A DNA stretch of 64,000 nucleotides from the NCBI GenBank assembly GCA_049319825.1, contig JBMORT010000002.1:271230-335229 (forward strand), given 5' to 3'. Position 1 is the stretch's first letter; every line of letters begins with the position of its first letter. Source of the DNA: Patescibacteria group bacterium. Its GTDB lineage: Bacteria > Patescibacteriota > Patescibacteriia > UBA11705 > DATKZF01. The notes under the pieces were generated by a model that was not told the DNA's origin, did no database searches, and was given only the letters and a program-made list of their open reading frames with translations. This document shows, piece by piece, positions 18,552-28,400 of this stretch. Made by a program: the position numbers and the translations under genes.

Positions 18552-19616
18552 ATGTCCGAATCGAATTGGGTCGAAAAAGTGAGATCGCTCGCCAAGGTTT
18601 TGGATATGCCCAAACTCCAAAGCGATTTGAAAGAACTGGAGCGGCAAATGGCCGCGCCTGATTTTTGGTCCGATCAAAAAAAGGCGGCGCAAATTTCCCG
18701 GCAGGCCAGTTTTCGGTCCGAAACGATCGAAAAATTCAATGACTTGCAGCGGGCGGTCACCGAGATCTCGGAAATGAAATCGCTAGCGGCGAAAGAACAA
18801 AATTGGCAGTCGGAATTGGCGAATAAGGAAAAAGAAATTGAAATAAAATATGGTCAATTGGAGAATCAAGCTCTGTTTTCCGGCAAATACGATCAAGGAA
18901 ACGCGATTCTGTCCATATATGCCGGCGCTGGCGGCACCGACGCGCAAGACTGGGCGGAAATGCTGCTGCGCATGTATTTGAGATATTGCGAGAGAAAAAA
19001 TTGGCAGACGGAATTGATTGAAATCGCTGCCGGCCAGGAAGCGGGCATTAAATACGCGACCATTGAAGTCAAGGGTCCGACGGCTTACGGCCATCTGCGC
19101 GCGGAAAAGGGTGTCCATCGGCTGGTTAGAATTTCTCCTTTTGATGCGGAGAAGATGCGCCATACGTCGTTCGCCATGGTACAGGTGATGCCCGATCTGG
19201 AAGATGAAGCCGCTATACAAATCGATGAAAAAGATTTGAGAATCGATACCTATCGCTCCAGCGGCCATGGCGGACAGGGGGTCAATACCACGGATTCCGC
19301 GGTGCGCATCACTCATGTGCCCACGGGCATTGCCGCCTCATGCCAGAATGAACGGTCGCAGGCTCAGAACCGGGAAACGGCGATGAGAATTTTAAAATCA
19401 AAACTCAAAAGATATTTTGAAGCGGAAAAAGAGGAAGAAAAAAAAGAGATTCGCGGCGAATTCACGGAAGCGGCGTGGGGCAATCAAATACGCTCTTATG
19501 TGCTCCATCCTTATCATCATGTCAAAGATCACCGAACCGGCCACACGGTTGATGACGTCGAGTCGGTGCTGGACGGCGATCTGGACGGGTTTGTTTTCGA
19601 AAAATTGAAAAATTAA
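18552..19616 (+). CDS. prfB: Peptide chain release factor 2 (continuous ORF, no frameshift)
   Basis: GAGGTDAQDWAEML, RISPFD (SPF), GHGGQGVNTTDSAVR, WGNQIRSY. Confidence 0.97.
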   Translation: MSESNWVEKVRSLAKVLDMPKLQSDLKELERQMAAPDFWSDQKKAAQISRQASFRSETIEKFNDLQRAVTEISEMKSLAAKEQNWQSELANKEKEIEIKYGQLENQALFSGKYDQGNAILSIYAGAGGTDAQDWAEMLLRMYLRYCERKNWQTELIEIAAGQEAGIKYATIEVKGPTAYGHLRAEKGVHRLVRISPFDAEKMRHTSFAMVQVMPDLEDEAAIQIDEKDLRIDTYRSSGHGGQGVNTTDSAVRITHVPTGIAASCQNERSQAQNRETAMRILKSKLKRYFEAEKEEEKKEIRGEFTEAAWGNQIRSYVLHPYHHVKDHRTGHTVDDVESVLDGDLDGFVFEKLKN

Positions 19617-19763
19617 AAAGCTAAGCGAAAATTTATATTGTCCTGCCGCGCAGGATTTTTTTCGCTTCAGCGGCCGGTTTATCCGGCTGTTTTAAATAAA
19701 TGCCGTTTTTGATATAATATAGATAATATAATTTTCGGCACTATATCTAATTACTATATCCAT

Positions 19764-21926
19764 ATGACAAAAAACGAAAAAATTTCACTGATTATCATTA
19801 TTTCATTGGCGACGGTCATCATTGCCGGCGGTGTTTATTTTTGGTGGCAGTCCAGATCGATAGAAGTGGAAAACGTCACAACGCGACTGACGGAAAAAGT
19901 TGATGATTTGATCGCGCCCAATTCGGCTGTCGCTTCCAATTTCGCCACTTATAAAGAATATGATGTAAAAATATCGCCCGCTGTGCCCGAATACGCCGTT
20001 ATGTCGGATTTATCGAACATTACCAACCTGTCTCATTTCGAGTACCTCGATCCGGCAGCCATCGATCTGCTGAAAAAAAATAATTTCGTGGTGACCGCCG
20101 GATCGGAAAATGAGTTTTTTTCGCTTTACGAAACGAATCGCTATGATTTCACGCCAAGTTTCATCACCACCGACGCGGTGTTGCATAATTATCATTTGTT
20201 GTTCGATGATTTGCTCAAAAAAGTGGAGGAACGCAAGCTCATTAAAGCGGCCGAGGATTTAACCGGCATGCTTTTGAATGACTCGTTATCCCAGTATAAA
20301 AAATACAAAGGAACCGACTGGGAGCAGGCGGCCAGGCGCAATTTGGCTTTTTTCTCCGTGGCCGAGAAACTGCTCGATGATCGCGCCAAGATCGACAGTT
20401 CGGTCAAAGATGAAGTAAACGCGGAGCTGGCGCTGATCGAAGCTCGCGAAGGCATCATGATTTCCGAAGTGATCAACATCGGACAAAATAAAAATTCAGA
20501 CGAGGCGTACAAGGAAGATTATTCGCAATATGTCGCTCGCGGTCATTACACCAAATCTGAAGAGTTAAAAAAATATTTTAAGGCGATGATGTGGTACGGC
20601 CGCATTAATTGGCGTTTGAAAATGCCCGAAGAGACCAAGTCCGCGATTTTAATGACCGCGTCGCTTAGCAGCAGCCGCCAGGCTTATGCCAACTGGGAAT
20701 CCATCTATGAGCCGGTTAATTTTTTCGTCGGCCAAACCGATGATTTGAATTATTATGATTATGATTGGATATATGATCAGGTCTTTTCCGGCAATGATTT
20801 GACCGCTGCCGGACAGCTCGATAAGTTTATCGAGCTGGCGAAAAAATTGAATAAGCCGAAAATCAATTCAATGCCGATATACGATGAAACCGTAACGCCG
20901 GATCGCGACGAAGCCATCCAAGGCTGGAGATTGATGGGACAGCGCTATACCGTTGATGCGGAAGTGTTTCAGCATTTGATTTATCGCGAGGTTGACGATC
21001 GGTATTTGCCAAAGGCGCTGGATATTCCGGCCGCCTTCGGATCTGAATTGGCTTATGACCAGCTGCGTTCGCAAGGGGAATTCCAATACGGCAATTATCA
21101 GAAAAATCTGGATAAGCTGCGCCAGTATGTCAGCGGTCTCGGAACCGATGTCTGGACTCAAAATTTGTACTGGGGTTGGCTTTATGGATTAAATGATCTG
21201 CTGGAGGCGCCGGGAAAAGGATATCCGAGCTTTATGACCAATAAAGCATGGCAATATAAGGATTTACAAACATTTTTAGGCAGCTGGACAGAACTCAAGC
21301 ACGATACGATTTTATACGCCAAACAGGTTTACGCCGAATTGGGCGGTGGGCCGGAGGATGAAGGCGATGACCGCGGCTATGTGGAGCCGCGCCCCTATGT
21401 GTACGCTCGTCTGGCTTCGCTGGTAAAAATGACCGCCGAAGGATTAACGGCGCGGGATTTGATTGACGAAAAGGACGTGGCGCTGCTGGAAAAATTTGAA
21501 ACACTGGTTCTCAGACTGAAGGAAATAAGCGAGAAAGAATTAAATGGTCAATCTTTATCGACTCAAGATTTCGAATTTATCAAATTTTTCGGCGGGGATC
21601 TGGAACATTTATGGCTTGAAGTTCACGCCGATGAGGGCGCGACCGATCGATTTCAAACGGCCGATAACCCCGCCGCCCTGGTCGCCGACGTGGCGACCGA
21701 TCCAAACGGCCGAGTATTGGAAGAAGCCATTGGATTTGTCGATAATATTTACGTGGTTTTTCCGCTCGATGGTAAGCTAAAGATCGGTAAAGGCGGCGTT
21801 TTCTCTCATTACGAGTTCACCCAGCCGATCAGCGAACGGCTGACCGACGAAGCGTGGTACGAAAAACTGCAATCCTATGATTTGCCCGCGAGAGCAGACT
21901 GGCATAAATTCTTTTTCGCCGAATAA
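19764..21926 (+). CDS. Membrane-anchored DUF3160-like protein
   Basis: FITTD.VLH.YH, EDYSQY..RGHY, YFKAMMWYGR, LGSWTELKHDTILYAKQ, GYVEP, ALVADVAT. Confidence 0.8.
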   Translation: MTKNEKISLIIIISLATVIIAGGVYFWWQSRSIEVENVTTRLTEKVDDLIAPNSAVASNFATYKEYDVKISPAVPEYAVMSDLSNITNLSHFEYLDPAAIDLLKKNNFVVTAGSENEFFSLYETNRYDFTPSFITTDAVLHNYHLLFDDLLKKVEERKLIKAAEDLTGMLLNDSLSQYKKYKGTDWEQAARRNLAFFSVAEKLLDDRAKIDSSVKDEVNAELALIEAREGIMISEVINIGQNKNSDEAYKEDYSQYVARGHYTKSEELKKYFKAMMWYGRINWRLKMPEETKSAILMTASLSSSRQAYANWESIYEPVNFFVGQTDDLNYYDYDWIYDQVFSGNDLTAAGQLDKFIELAKKLNKPKINSMPIYDETVTPDRDEAIQGWRLMGQRYTVDAEVFQHLIYREVDDRYLPKALDIPAAFGSELAYDQLRSQGEFQYGNYQKNLDKLRQYVSGLGTDVWTQNLYWGWLYGLNDLLEAPGKGYPSFMTNKAWQYKDLQTFLGSWTELKHDTILYAKQVYAELGGGPEDEGDDRGYVEPRPYVYARLASLVKMTAEGLTARDLIDEKDVALLEKFETLVLRLKEISEKELNGQSLSTQDFEFIKFFGGDLEHLWLEVHADEGATDRFQTADNPAALVADVATDPNGRVLEEAIGFVDNIYVVFPLDGKLKIGKGGVFSHYEFTQPISERLTDEAWYEKLQSYDLPARADWHKFFFAE

Positions 21927-21928
21927 CT

Positions 21929-23635
21929 ATGAGCTTTAGTGAAAAAATTTCCAAAATAATTTTCATATTCATTTTGGTTTCTTGCTTTGTGCTGGAAGGC
22001 ACGTATTTGGTGGCGCTGACCACCTTGGCGCAAAATCAAATTGATTCCGTCGTGGAATTTTTGCCCGACGATCCGGCCCCGGTTTATTATTTGGAAGAAA
22101 CCACGGCGATTTTAAATGAAGTGAATCAGCGAGCGTCGAATAAATCAGAGCAGGCAACCGTCGCTTTGGTCGGGGACATGATGTTTTCCAGAACGGTAAA
22201 TGATAAGATGAAATCTTATGATAATTATTTTTATCCGCTCGAGGCGCTGGCGGATTTTTTAGCCGGTGCCGATTTGACTTTCGGCAATCTCGAGTCGCCC
22301 ATTTTTTCCGGCAAGCACGTACCGCCGGCCAGCTATAACTTTGATGCCGCTCCGGCCATCGCCGCCAATTTGGCCCGAGCCGGATTTGACGTGGTCTCGC
22401 TGGCCAATAATCACGCGGGCAATGCAGGCGCGGCCGGATTTTTAAAAAGTTTTGAGGAATTGAATAAGCGGGATATCAAGTACGTCGGTGCGGCCAAAAA
22501 CTCGGCTGATTTGAAAAATCAAGGGGTAATTACCGAAATCAACGGGGTTAAAATCGGCTGGTTGGCGTATGCTTATGGCCCGAGCCAATACCGGGCCGGC
22601 AAGGATTCTCCGGGCATGGCGCTGATGGATAAGGACCAGCTGAAAAGCGATGTGCTGCGGCTAAAAGATCAAGTCGATCATGTCTTTGTCTCCATGCACG
22701 CCGGTGACGAATACACGGAAAATATTTCCGCTCAGCAATCGGAATTCGCTCACTTGGCGATTGATTCGGGCGCCAGCCTGGTGATCGGCCACCATCCCCA
22801 TGTTGTCCAGCGTTTTGAATCTTACGGCGGCGGCTATATCTTTTACAGCTTGGGAAATTTTATTTTCGATCAAATGTGGTCCGAAAACACCCGGCGGGGA
22901 TTGGCGGTTAAGGTTTTTTTGGATAAACAAGCCATCAATACGATTGAGTTTTATCCGATAAAGATTTTTGATTTTGCTCAGCCAAAATTTTCCTTTGGCT
23001 CCGACCAGCAAGACGTGCTCGACCGCCTGAAAACGGATCTTGGCCGCGGACTGGCCGCCGATATCAATCATAATAAAATCAATATTGCCTTGTCGGCGCG
23101 TCAAGTTTTTTCGTCGCGGCCAGAATTATCGGATAATTTTTTATCGGCGGATATCAACGGCAATGCCATCCCGGAATATTTTTATTTGATAAATGAAAAA
23201 GCCTATATCATCGAAGACGGCCGGCTTCGATGGCAAAGTTTTCCCGATTGGCAGGTTAAAAAGATATTTTTGTCAGACGCCAACGCCGACAGCCGGCTTG
23301 ATTTTAATTTGATTTTGGAAAAATCGGACTTCATGCCTTCGGCGACCGTTTTTAATGAATGCCAGCAGGGATCAAACGGGTGTCATTGGTTCATATACGG
23401 GTGGCGTCGCGGCAGCTGGCAGCCGTACTGGGACTCTTCTCGCATTTATCCGCCGATATTGGATATTGAGCAGGTCGAGCCCGGATTATTTTTAATACTT
23501 GAATCAAACGGCGACACGGAAAATCTGACTTTATGGAAATGGAACAATTGGACGTTCGATTTGATTGACGAGATCTCGGAACTGAACTTGTCCGGACTGC
23601 ATCAGGTGGGGAGCGGGATGTTTTTGCTGGAATAA
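21929..23635 (+). CDS. CapA (PGA_cap) family metallophosphoesterase with C-terminal extension
   Basis: VGDMM, GNLESP, SLANNH, SMHAG.EY, VIGHHPHV, YSLGNFIFDQ. Confidence 0.9.
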   Translation: MSFSEKISKIIFIFILVSCFVLEGTYLVALTTLAQNQIDSVVEFLPDDPAPVYYLEETTAILNEVNQRASNKSEQATVALVGDMMFSRTVNDKMKSYDNYFYPLEALADFLAGADLTFGNLESPIFSGKHVPPASYNFDAAPAIAANLARAGFDVVSLANNHAGNAGAAGFLKSFEELNKRDIKYVGAAKNSADLKNQGVITEINGVKIGWLAYAYGPSQYRAGKDSPGMALMDKDQLKSDVLRLKDQVDHVFVSMHAGDEYTENISAQQSEFAHLAIDSGASLVIGHHPHVVQRFESYGGGYIFYSLGNFIFDQMWSENTRRGLAVKVFLDKQAINTIEFYPIKIFDFAQPKFSFGSDQQDVLDRLKTDLGRGLAADINHNKINIALSARQVFSSRPELSDNFLSADINGNAIPEYFYLINEKAYIIEDGRLRWQSFPDWQVKKIFLSDANADSRLDFNLILEKSDFMPSATVFNECQQGSNGCHWFIYGWRRGSWQPYWDSSRIYPPILDIEQVEPGLFLILESNGDTENLTLWKWNNWTFDLIDEISELNLSGLHQVGSGMFLLE

Positions 23636-23725
23636 ACTTTCGGGTCTTTTTTTCGGGGAATGGCCGGCCCCTTTGGGCAGAAAATTTATGTTCGGGGCAT
23701 TACCGATCGCCCTTGATGAAAAAAT

Positions 23726-24568
23726 ATGAAATCTCGACTTCAAAATTTATTTGACAAATACAATCTCAGCCCGAAAAAATTTTGGGGCCAGAATTTTTTA
23801 ATCGAATCAAAACCGCTCAGTGAAATAATTCAGGCGGCCAATATTAAAAGCACCGATAACGTGCTGGAGGTCGGTCCGGGTCTGGGTTTTTTAACCCAAA
23901 AATTATTGAGCCGGGCGAAAAAAGTCGTCGCCGTGGAAATTGATCCTGGTTTGCATTTTGTTTTAAAAAAAGAATTGAAAAACAAAGAAAATTTCACGCT
24001 GCTGAAAGCTGATATACTAGAAATGGATTTTGCCGCGTTGAGCAAAAACTTTGTCGGCCAGCCATATAAAATCGTGGCCAATTTGCCATATCAGATTACC
24101 GCCCATTTTTTAAAAAAATATTTATCGGCCGGCTACCACCCCGATCAAATGACACTGATGGTTCAGCGTGAAGTTGCCCAGCGGATATTGGCCCAAGCCG
24201 GCCGGCATAGTTTATTATCTTTGTCTGTGCAGTTTTACTGCCAGCCCGCCTGGGTGGCGGCGGTGCCGGCGGCAGCGTTTTTTCCCAAACCCAAGGTCGA
24301 TAGCGCCATCATCAAACTGGATAAAATTCAGCAAATAAAAATGCCCGTTGATGAAAAATTATTTTTTCGAATGCTAAAAATGGCCTTTTCATCCAAGAGA
24401 AAACAGCTTCAAAACAATCTGGCCGCCGGGCTTCATTGCTCCAAAGAAAACATAAAGAAAATATTATCAGCGGATAATTTTGGCCTAAAAATACGCGCAC
24501 AAGAAATTGATCTGCCCGATTGGCTGAAAATATATAATAAATTGACTGCCGCTGGTTTACTGAAATAG
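23726..24568 (+). CDS. rsmA: 16S rRNA m6,2A dimethyltransferase RsmA/KsgA
   Basis: GQNFL, LEVGPGLG, VEID, VANLPY, MVQREVA, F.P.PKVDSA. Confidence 0.96.
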   Translation: MKSRLQNLFDKYNLSPKKFWGQNFLIESKPLSEIIQAANIKSTDNVLEVGPGLGFLTQKLLSRAKKVVAVEIDPGLHFVLKKELKNKENFTLLKADILEMDFAALSKNFVGQPYKIVANLPYQITAHFLKKYLSAGYHPDQMTLMVQREVAQRILAQAGRHSLLSLSVQFYCQPAWVAAVPAAAFFPKPKVDSAIIKLDKIQQIKMPVDEKLFFRMLKMAFSSKRKQLQNNLAAGLHCSKENIKKILSADNFGLKIRAQEIDLPDWLKIYNKLTAAGLLK

Positions 24569-24687
24569 TGGATAACTCCGCTATTTTTTTAATGAGTCGG
24601 TCAATTATTTATGGTATAATAATAATGTAGAATTTCGGTAAAAAAACAGCGGTTTTAAAAAACCAAACACTGTTTTTAATTTTTGAT

Positions 24688-25470
24688 ATGCAAGGAGTTC
24701 ATCCGCCTGATACAGAGACAATCGAGTCAGCGGCCGAATCGGAATATGTTTCACCCGTACGGGAACATCGGCTCGACCGGCAGCAAAAAATTTCATTGAC
24801 CGCGCTGGGAGCCATCGGCGTGGGTATTTTGATATTCGGTTTTTGGAGTCTGCGCAGCGGCATCAACATTCCCTTGCCCACCTTTGGTGATGCGGCGAAA
24901 AACAATACATCGGCCGAAACCGTGTTAGCTGACCAAACATTGAAAAATCAAGACACGGATCAGGACGGTTTGAGTGATTATGATGAAAAATACGTTTATC
25001 AAACCAGCCCATACCTGAGCGATAGCGACAGCGACGGCTATGTGGATAAGGAAGAAGTTGAGAGCGGACATGACCCCAATTGCCCGGCCGGTCAGAATTG
25101 CTTTAGCGAAGCGTTTGTCGATGACACCGGCGCGACTTTAACCGCCGCCGCTCAGGCAGATGTCGCGGGTATGACTCCGGCTGAGCTCCGCGCCAGACTG
25201 CTCGGCACTGGCGTAGTGGATGAAGAAACATTGAACCAAGTTGACGACGCCACATTGATGGATTTATATACTCAAACCATGAGCAGCAGTCAGGAGCCAA
25301 ACGCCGAGCCAAGCAATCCGCTCGATTACACGCCGGCCCAGATACGGGAAATGCTGATAGAAAACGGCGCCGAAGCATCGCTGGTTAACGCGCTCGACGA
25401 CGAAACGCTGATGGATTTATTCAAAGAAGCACTGGCCGAGGTGGAAACCATGCAAAATGAAAATCAATAA
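24688..25470 (+). CDS. Single-TM protein with TSP3-type repeats and two C-terminal helical repeats
   Basis: DTDQDGLSDYDE, DSDSDGYVDKEEV..G.DP.CP; TPAELRARLL..VDDATLM / TPAQIREMLI..LDDETLM. Confidence 0.8.
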   Translation: MQGVHPPDTETIESAAESEYVSPVREHRLDRQQKISLTALGAIGVGILIFGFWSLRSGINIPLPTFGDAAKNNTSAETVLADQTLKNQDTDQDGLSDYDEKYVYQTSPYLSDSDSDGYVDKEEVESGHDPNCPAGQNCFSEAFVDDTGATLTAAAQADVAGMTPAELRARLLGTGVVDEETLNQVDDATLMDLYTQTMSSSQEPNAEPSNPLDYTPAQIREMLIENGAEASLVNALDDETLMDLFKEALAEVETMQNENQ

Positions 25471-25476
25471 ATATTT

Positions 25477-28400
25477 ATGAATTTAAGGCCAAAACAAAAA
25501 ATCATACTGGGCGTAATCGTATTCATCTGTTGTGGTATTTTTTTTCAGTTTTGTTTTTGGTTCGTCGCTTCAAAGCCGGCCAACGCGCAAATCGGAGAGA
25601 CGGCGCTGGAAGCGCAATTACGGTCGCTGCGCGAGCAGGGACAAGAAAACTATCGGGCTTTTCAAGAGGCCGTACGGCGCTATGAAGAAAAAGCGCAAGA
25701 GGAATTTGGTCAGCGGCTTAAGGAAGGATTTATCAGAACCGCGGCCATCACTTTAAAAAATACTTTAATATACACCATTCAGCAGGCCGGCCGACAAACC
25801 ATGCAGTACGTGGCTACCGGCCAGTGGGGGCAGGGCCCGATGTTCTGGGAACAAAGCTTTGACTACTTTAAGCAAACCATCGTCGGCGCGGCTACCCAGG
25901 AAATGCTGGACACGCTGGCTTATCAGCTTTGGTCAGAGACCGGTTTTGACATGTGCGATCCCGATGTCGATGTCAAATTGGCCATCATGTACAATTTGCA
26001 GCTTAATTTGCCCAATCCGCAATACGAACTGGTCGCCCCGCGTTGCGACTGGCGATTGGTAAAAAACAATTGGGAAGGTTTTTACGATGAAGTGCGCGGA
26101 CAGGTGAAAGACGCTGTCGGATTAACTTACGCGGCCATGGGGGCGATGCAAGATTCGCTCGATCCGAAGCAAAATGATTTCGGCATATTTTTAAAGGCGC
26201 TGGATCAAAATTTTGCCCGGCAAAAAGAAGAATACGAAGCGGCCAGAGACGAGCGGCTGGCGCCATCCAAATTAAAAGATCAAACTTCGGTGGTCACCGG
26301 ATTTGTGCAGACTCCCAGCTATGTGGTGGAGACTTCGGTTAAAAGCGATTGGGAAGCGGTGCTGGCCAGCCGTCGCGAAGAACTAAAGACCGGTGAAGCG
26401 GTATTGGCCGAAATTCCGGAAACGGTTTTAGCCGCCTTTATCCAAAGTTTCGGCCCGCAGCAATTCCTGGTCGCGTTTTTGAATAGAGTAAAAAGCGGTT
26501 TAATCAAGCGATCCGAAAGCTACAATCCGGTCCAAAAAGTGTATGAACAGAAAAAGTCAATCGAAAAGGTGAATACTGAAGTGCTGACCGCTGATTTTTC
26601 ATTTGAGCCGCGCAGTGTCAGCTTAATAGATGAATTCGTGAATTGTCCTTCGGAAAGTAATCGCAATACTCCGCGCGGACAAAATGATTGCGTCTTGGAT
26701 CGCAGTTTCGCCGAAGCGGTGCGGCGAGCGGCCTTGGGAGAACCGCTGACTTTGGAGCAGGCGATCGCTCAGGGGTTGATCAATGATACTCTGCCGTTCT
26801 ACGGCCCTCAAGATAAAGAAAATAACACTCCGGAATGCTATAATCGCGGTTTTTGCTACAGTAATTTGCAAAAGCTTCGAAAGGCCAGAATTATTCCGCT
26901 GGGCTGGGAGATGGCGGCGCTGAAAATGGCTGAAGAAGGCCGTAAAACTTTGAGAGAAGTGATTAATCAATTCAATAATCCGAATTCACCGTTTTATCGA
27001 TTGGTTGATCCCGGCTGGATATTAAAAGAGCCGTCCACCGTTTGCCGAGCCGAAGTGTACGGGCCGGATGTTATCGGCGAAGGCGCCTCCAGCCGATCCG
27101 AAGTTTGTTCCGATTATCGAAGCTGCGTCGACGAGCTGCCCAGCGGCGAATGCGTCGGCGGCTATGGCTATTGCGCCGAGGAAAAACGCACCTGGCTCCT
27201 CGAGGGCGATTCCTGCGACGGTCAGTTCGCTGGGTGCACCAATTTGTATGATCGCGGCGGTAATCAACAGAGCTGGGTGTTAAATACGCTGGACTCGTCC
27301 GGATGCGATTCCTCATCGGTCGGTTGCCGGCAGTACAGCTTATGGAAAGATGACGGCAAAGTTTGGACCAACAGCACACTGGCCGAACACAGCGATTCCG
27401 GCTATCAGCGCTGGATATTCTTAAATAAAAATATTGAATCCCTTTTATGCACGCCCGATAACGAGGGTTGTACCCGATTCATCAGGACCGCGGCAGATCT
27501 GGGCTCCAATTTATTGATTAATAGCGGCCTTGAAGACGCCGATGAAAATGGTGAAATCCCCGGCTGGCAAATTATGCTGGATGGCGGGGTCACCCGAGAG
27601 ATCGCGACTTCCATCGATATTGTAAACAGCGGTGCCAAGAGCGCTTACGTGCAAAAGGATTCAGCCGTGTCGAGCATTTGGCAATTAACATCCGATGAAA
27701 TTTCCATTGTGCCTAAAGACTACAGCCGATATTATATTTTGAGTTACTATCTCTATCAAACCGATCAAGACATTGTCGCTGCCGGCCTTCAATATAAAAA
27801 TTACACGGGAATCAACACCTTTAATTGGGCCGATGCCGTGCAGGTTTCCAGCTCATATTTGGATGGAATCAAAAATCCCGACGGTTCGCTGAATGCCGCA
27901 AGTATAAGCACCGGTATATGGCAGCGTCATTACGTACTGGTTAATTTGCCGCCCCAAACCGATGATGGTCGCCTAATCGACCGGCTGCGCGTCGCTTTTA
28001 ATTTCGGAGATGGCGGATCATATTATGTCGATGATCTGCAGATTGAAGAAGTGTTCAGCCCCACTACCTTTGCTTTATATGCGCCGTATGCCTCGACCAA
28101 CGCCGACTATTTAAAACAGGCGCCAGATTATTATAACTGCTACGACGAATTTCCAAATAACGACGCTCCGGAATGCGCCAATTTCATGCCGGTCTGCTCG
28201 GCCGAAGCAGTCGGCTGCGAGCGTTACACTCCGACCGACGGTGGCGCGGCGCAGACCGCGGTGGTCGGTCGATATAATTACTGCCCGGCCGAATGCGTCG
28301 GCTATCAATCGTTCTCTCAGTCAGAGACATTTTTCGAGCCGCTGACATTCCCCGTGTACTTTATCCCATCGACAGCCAGAACATGCGAACAAGAAAACGT

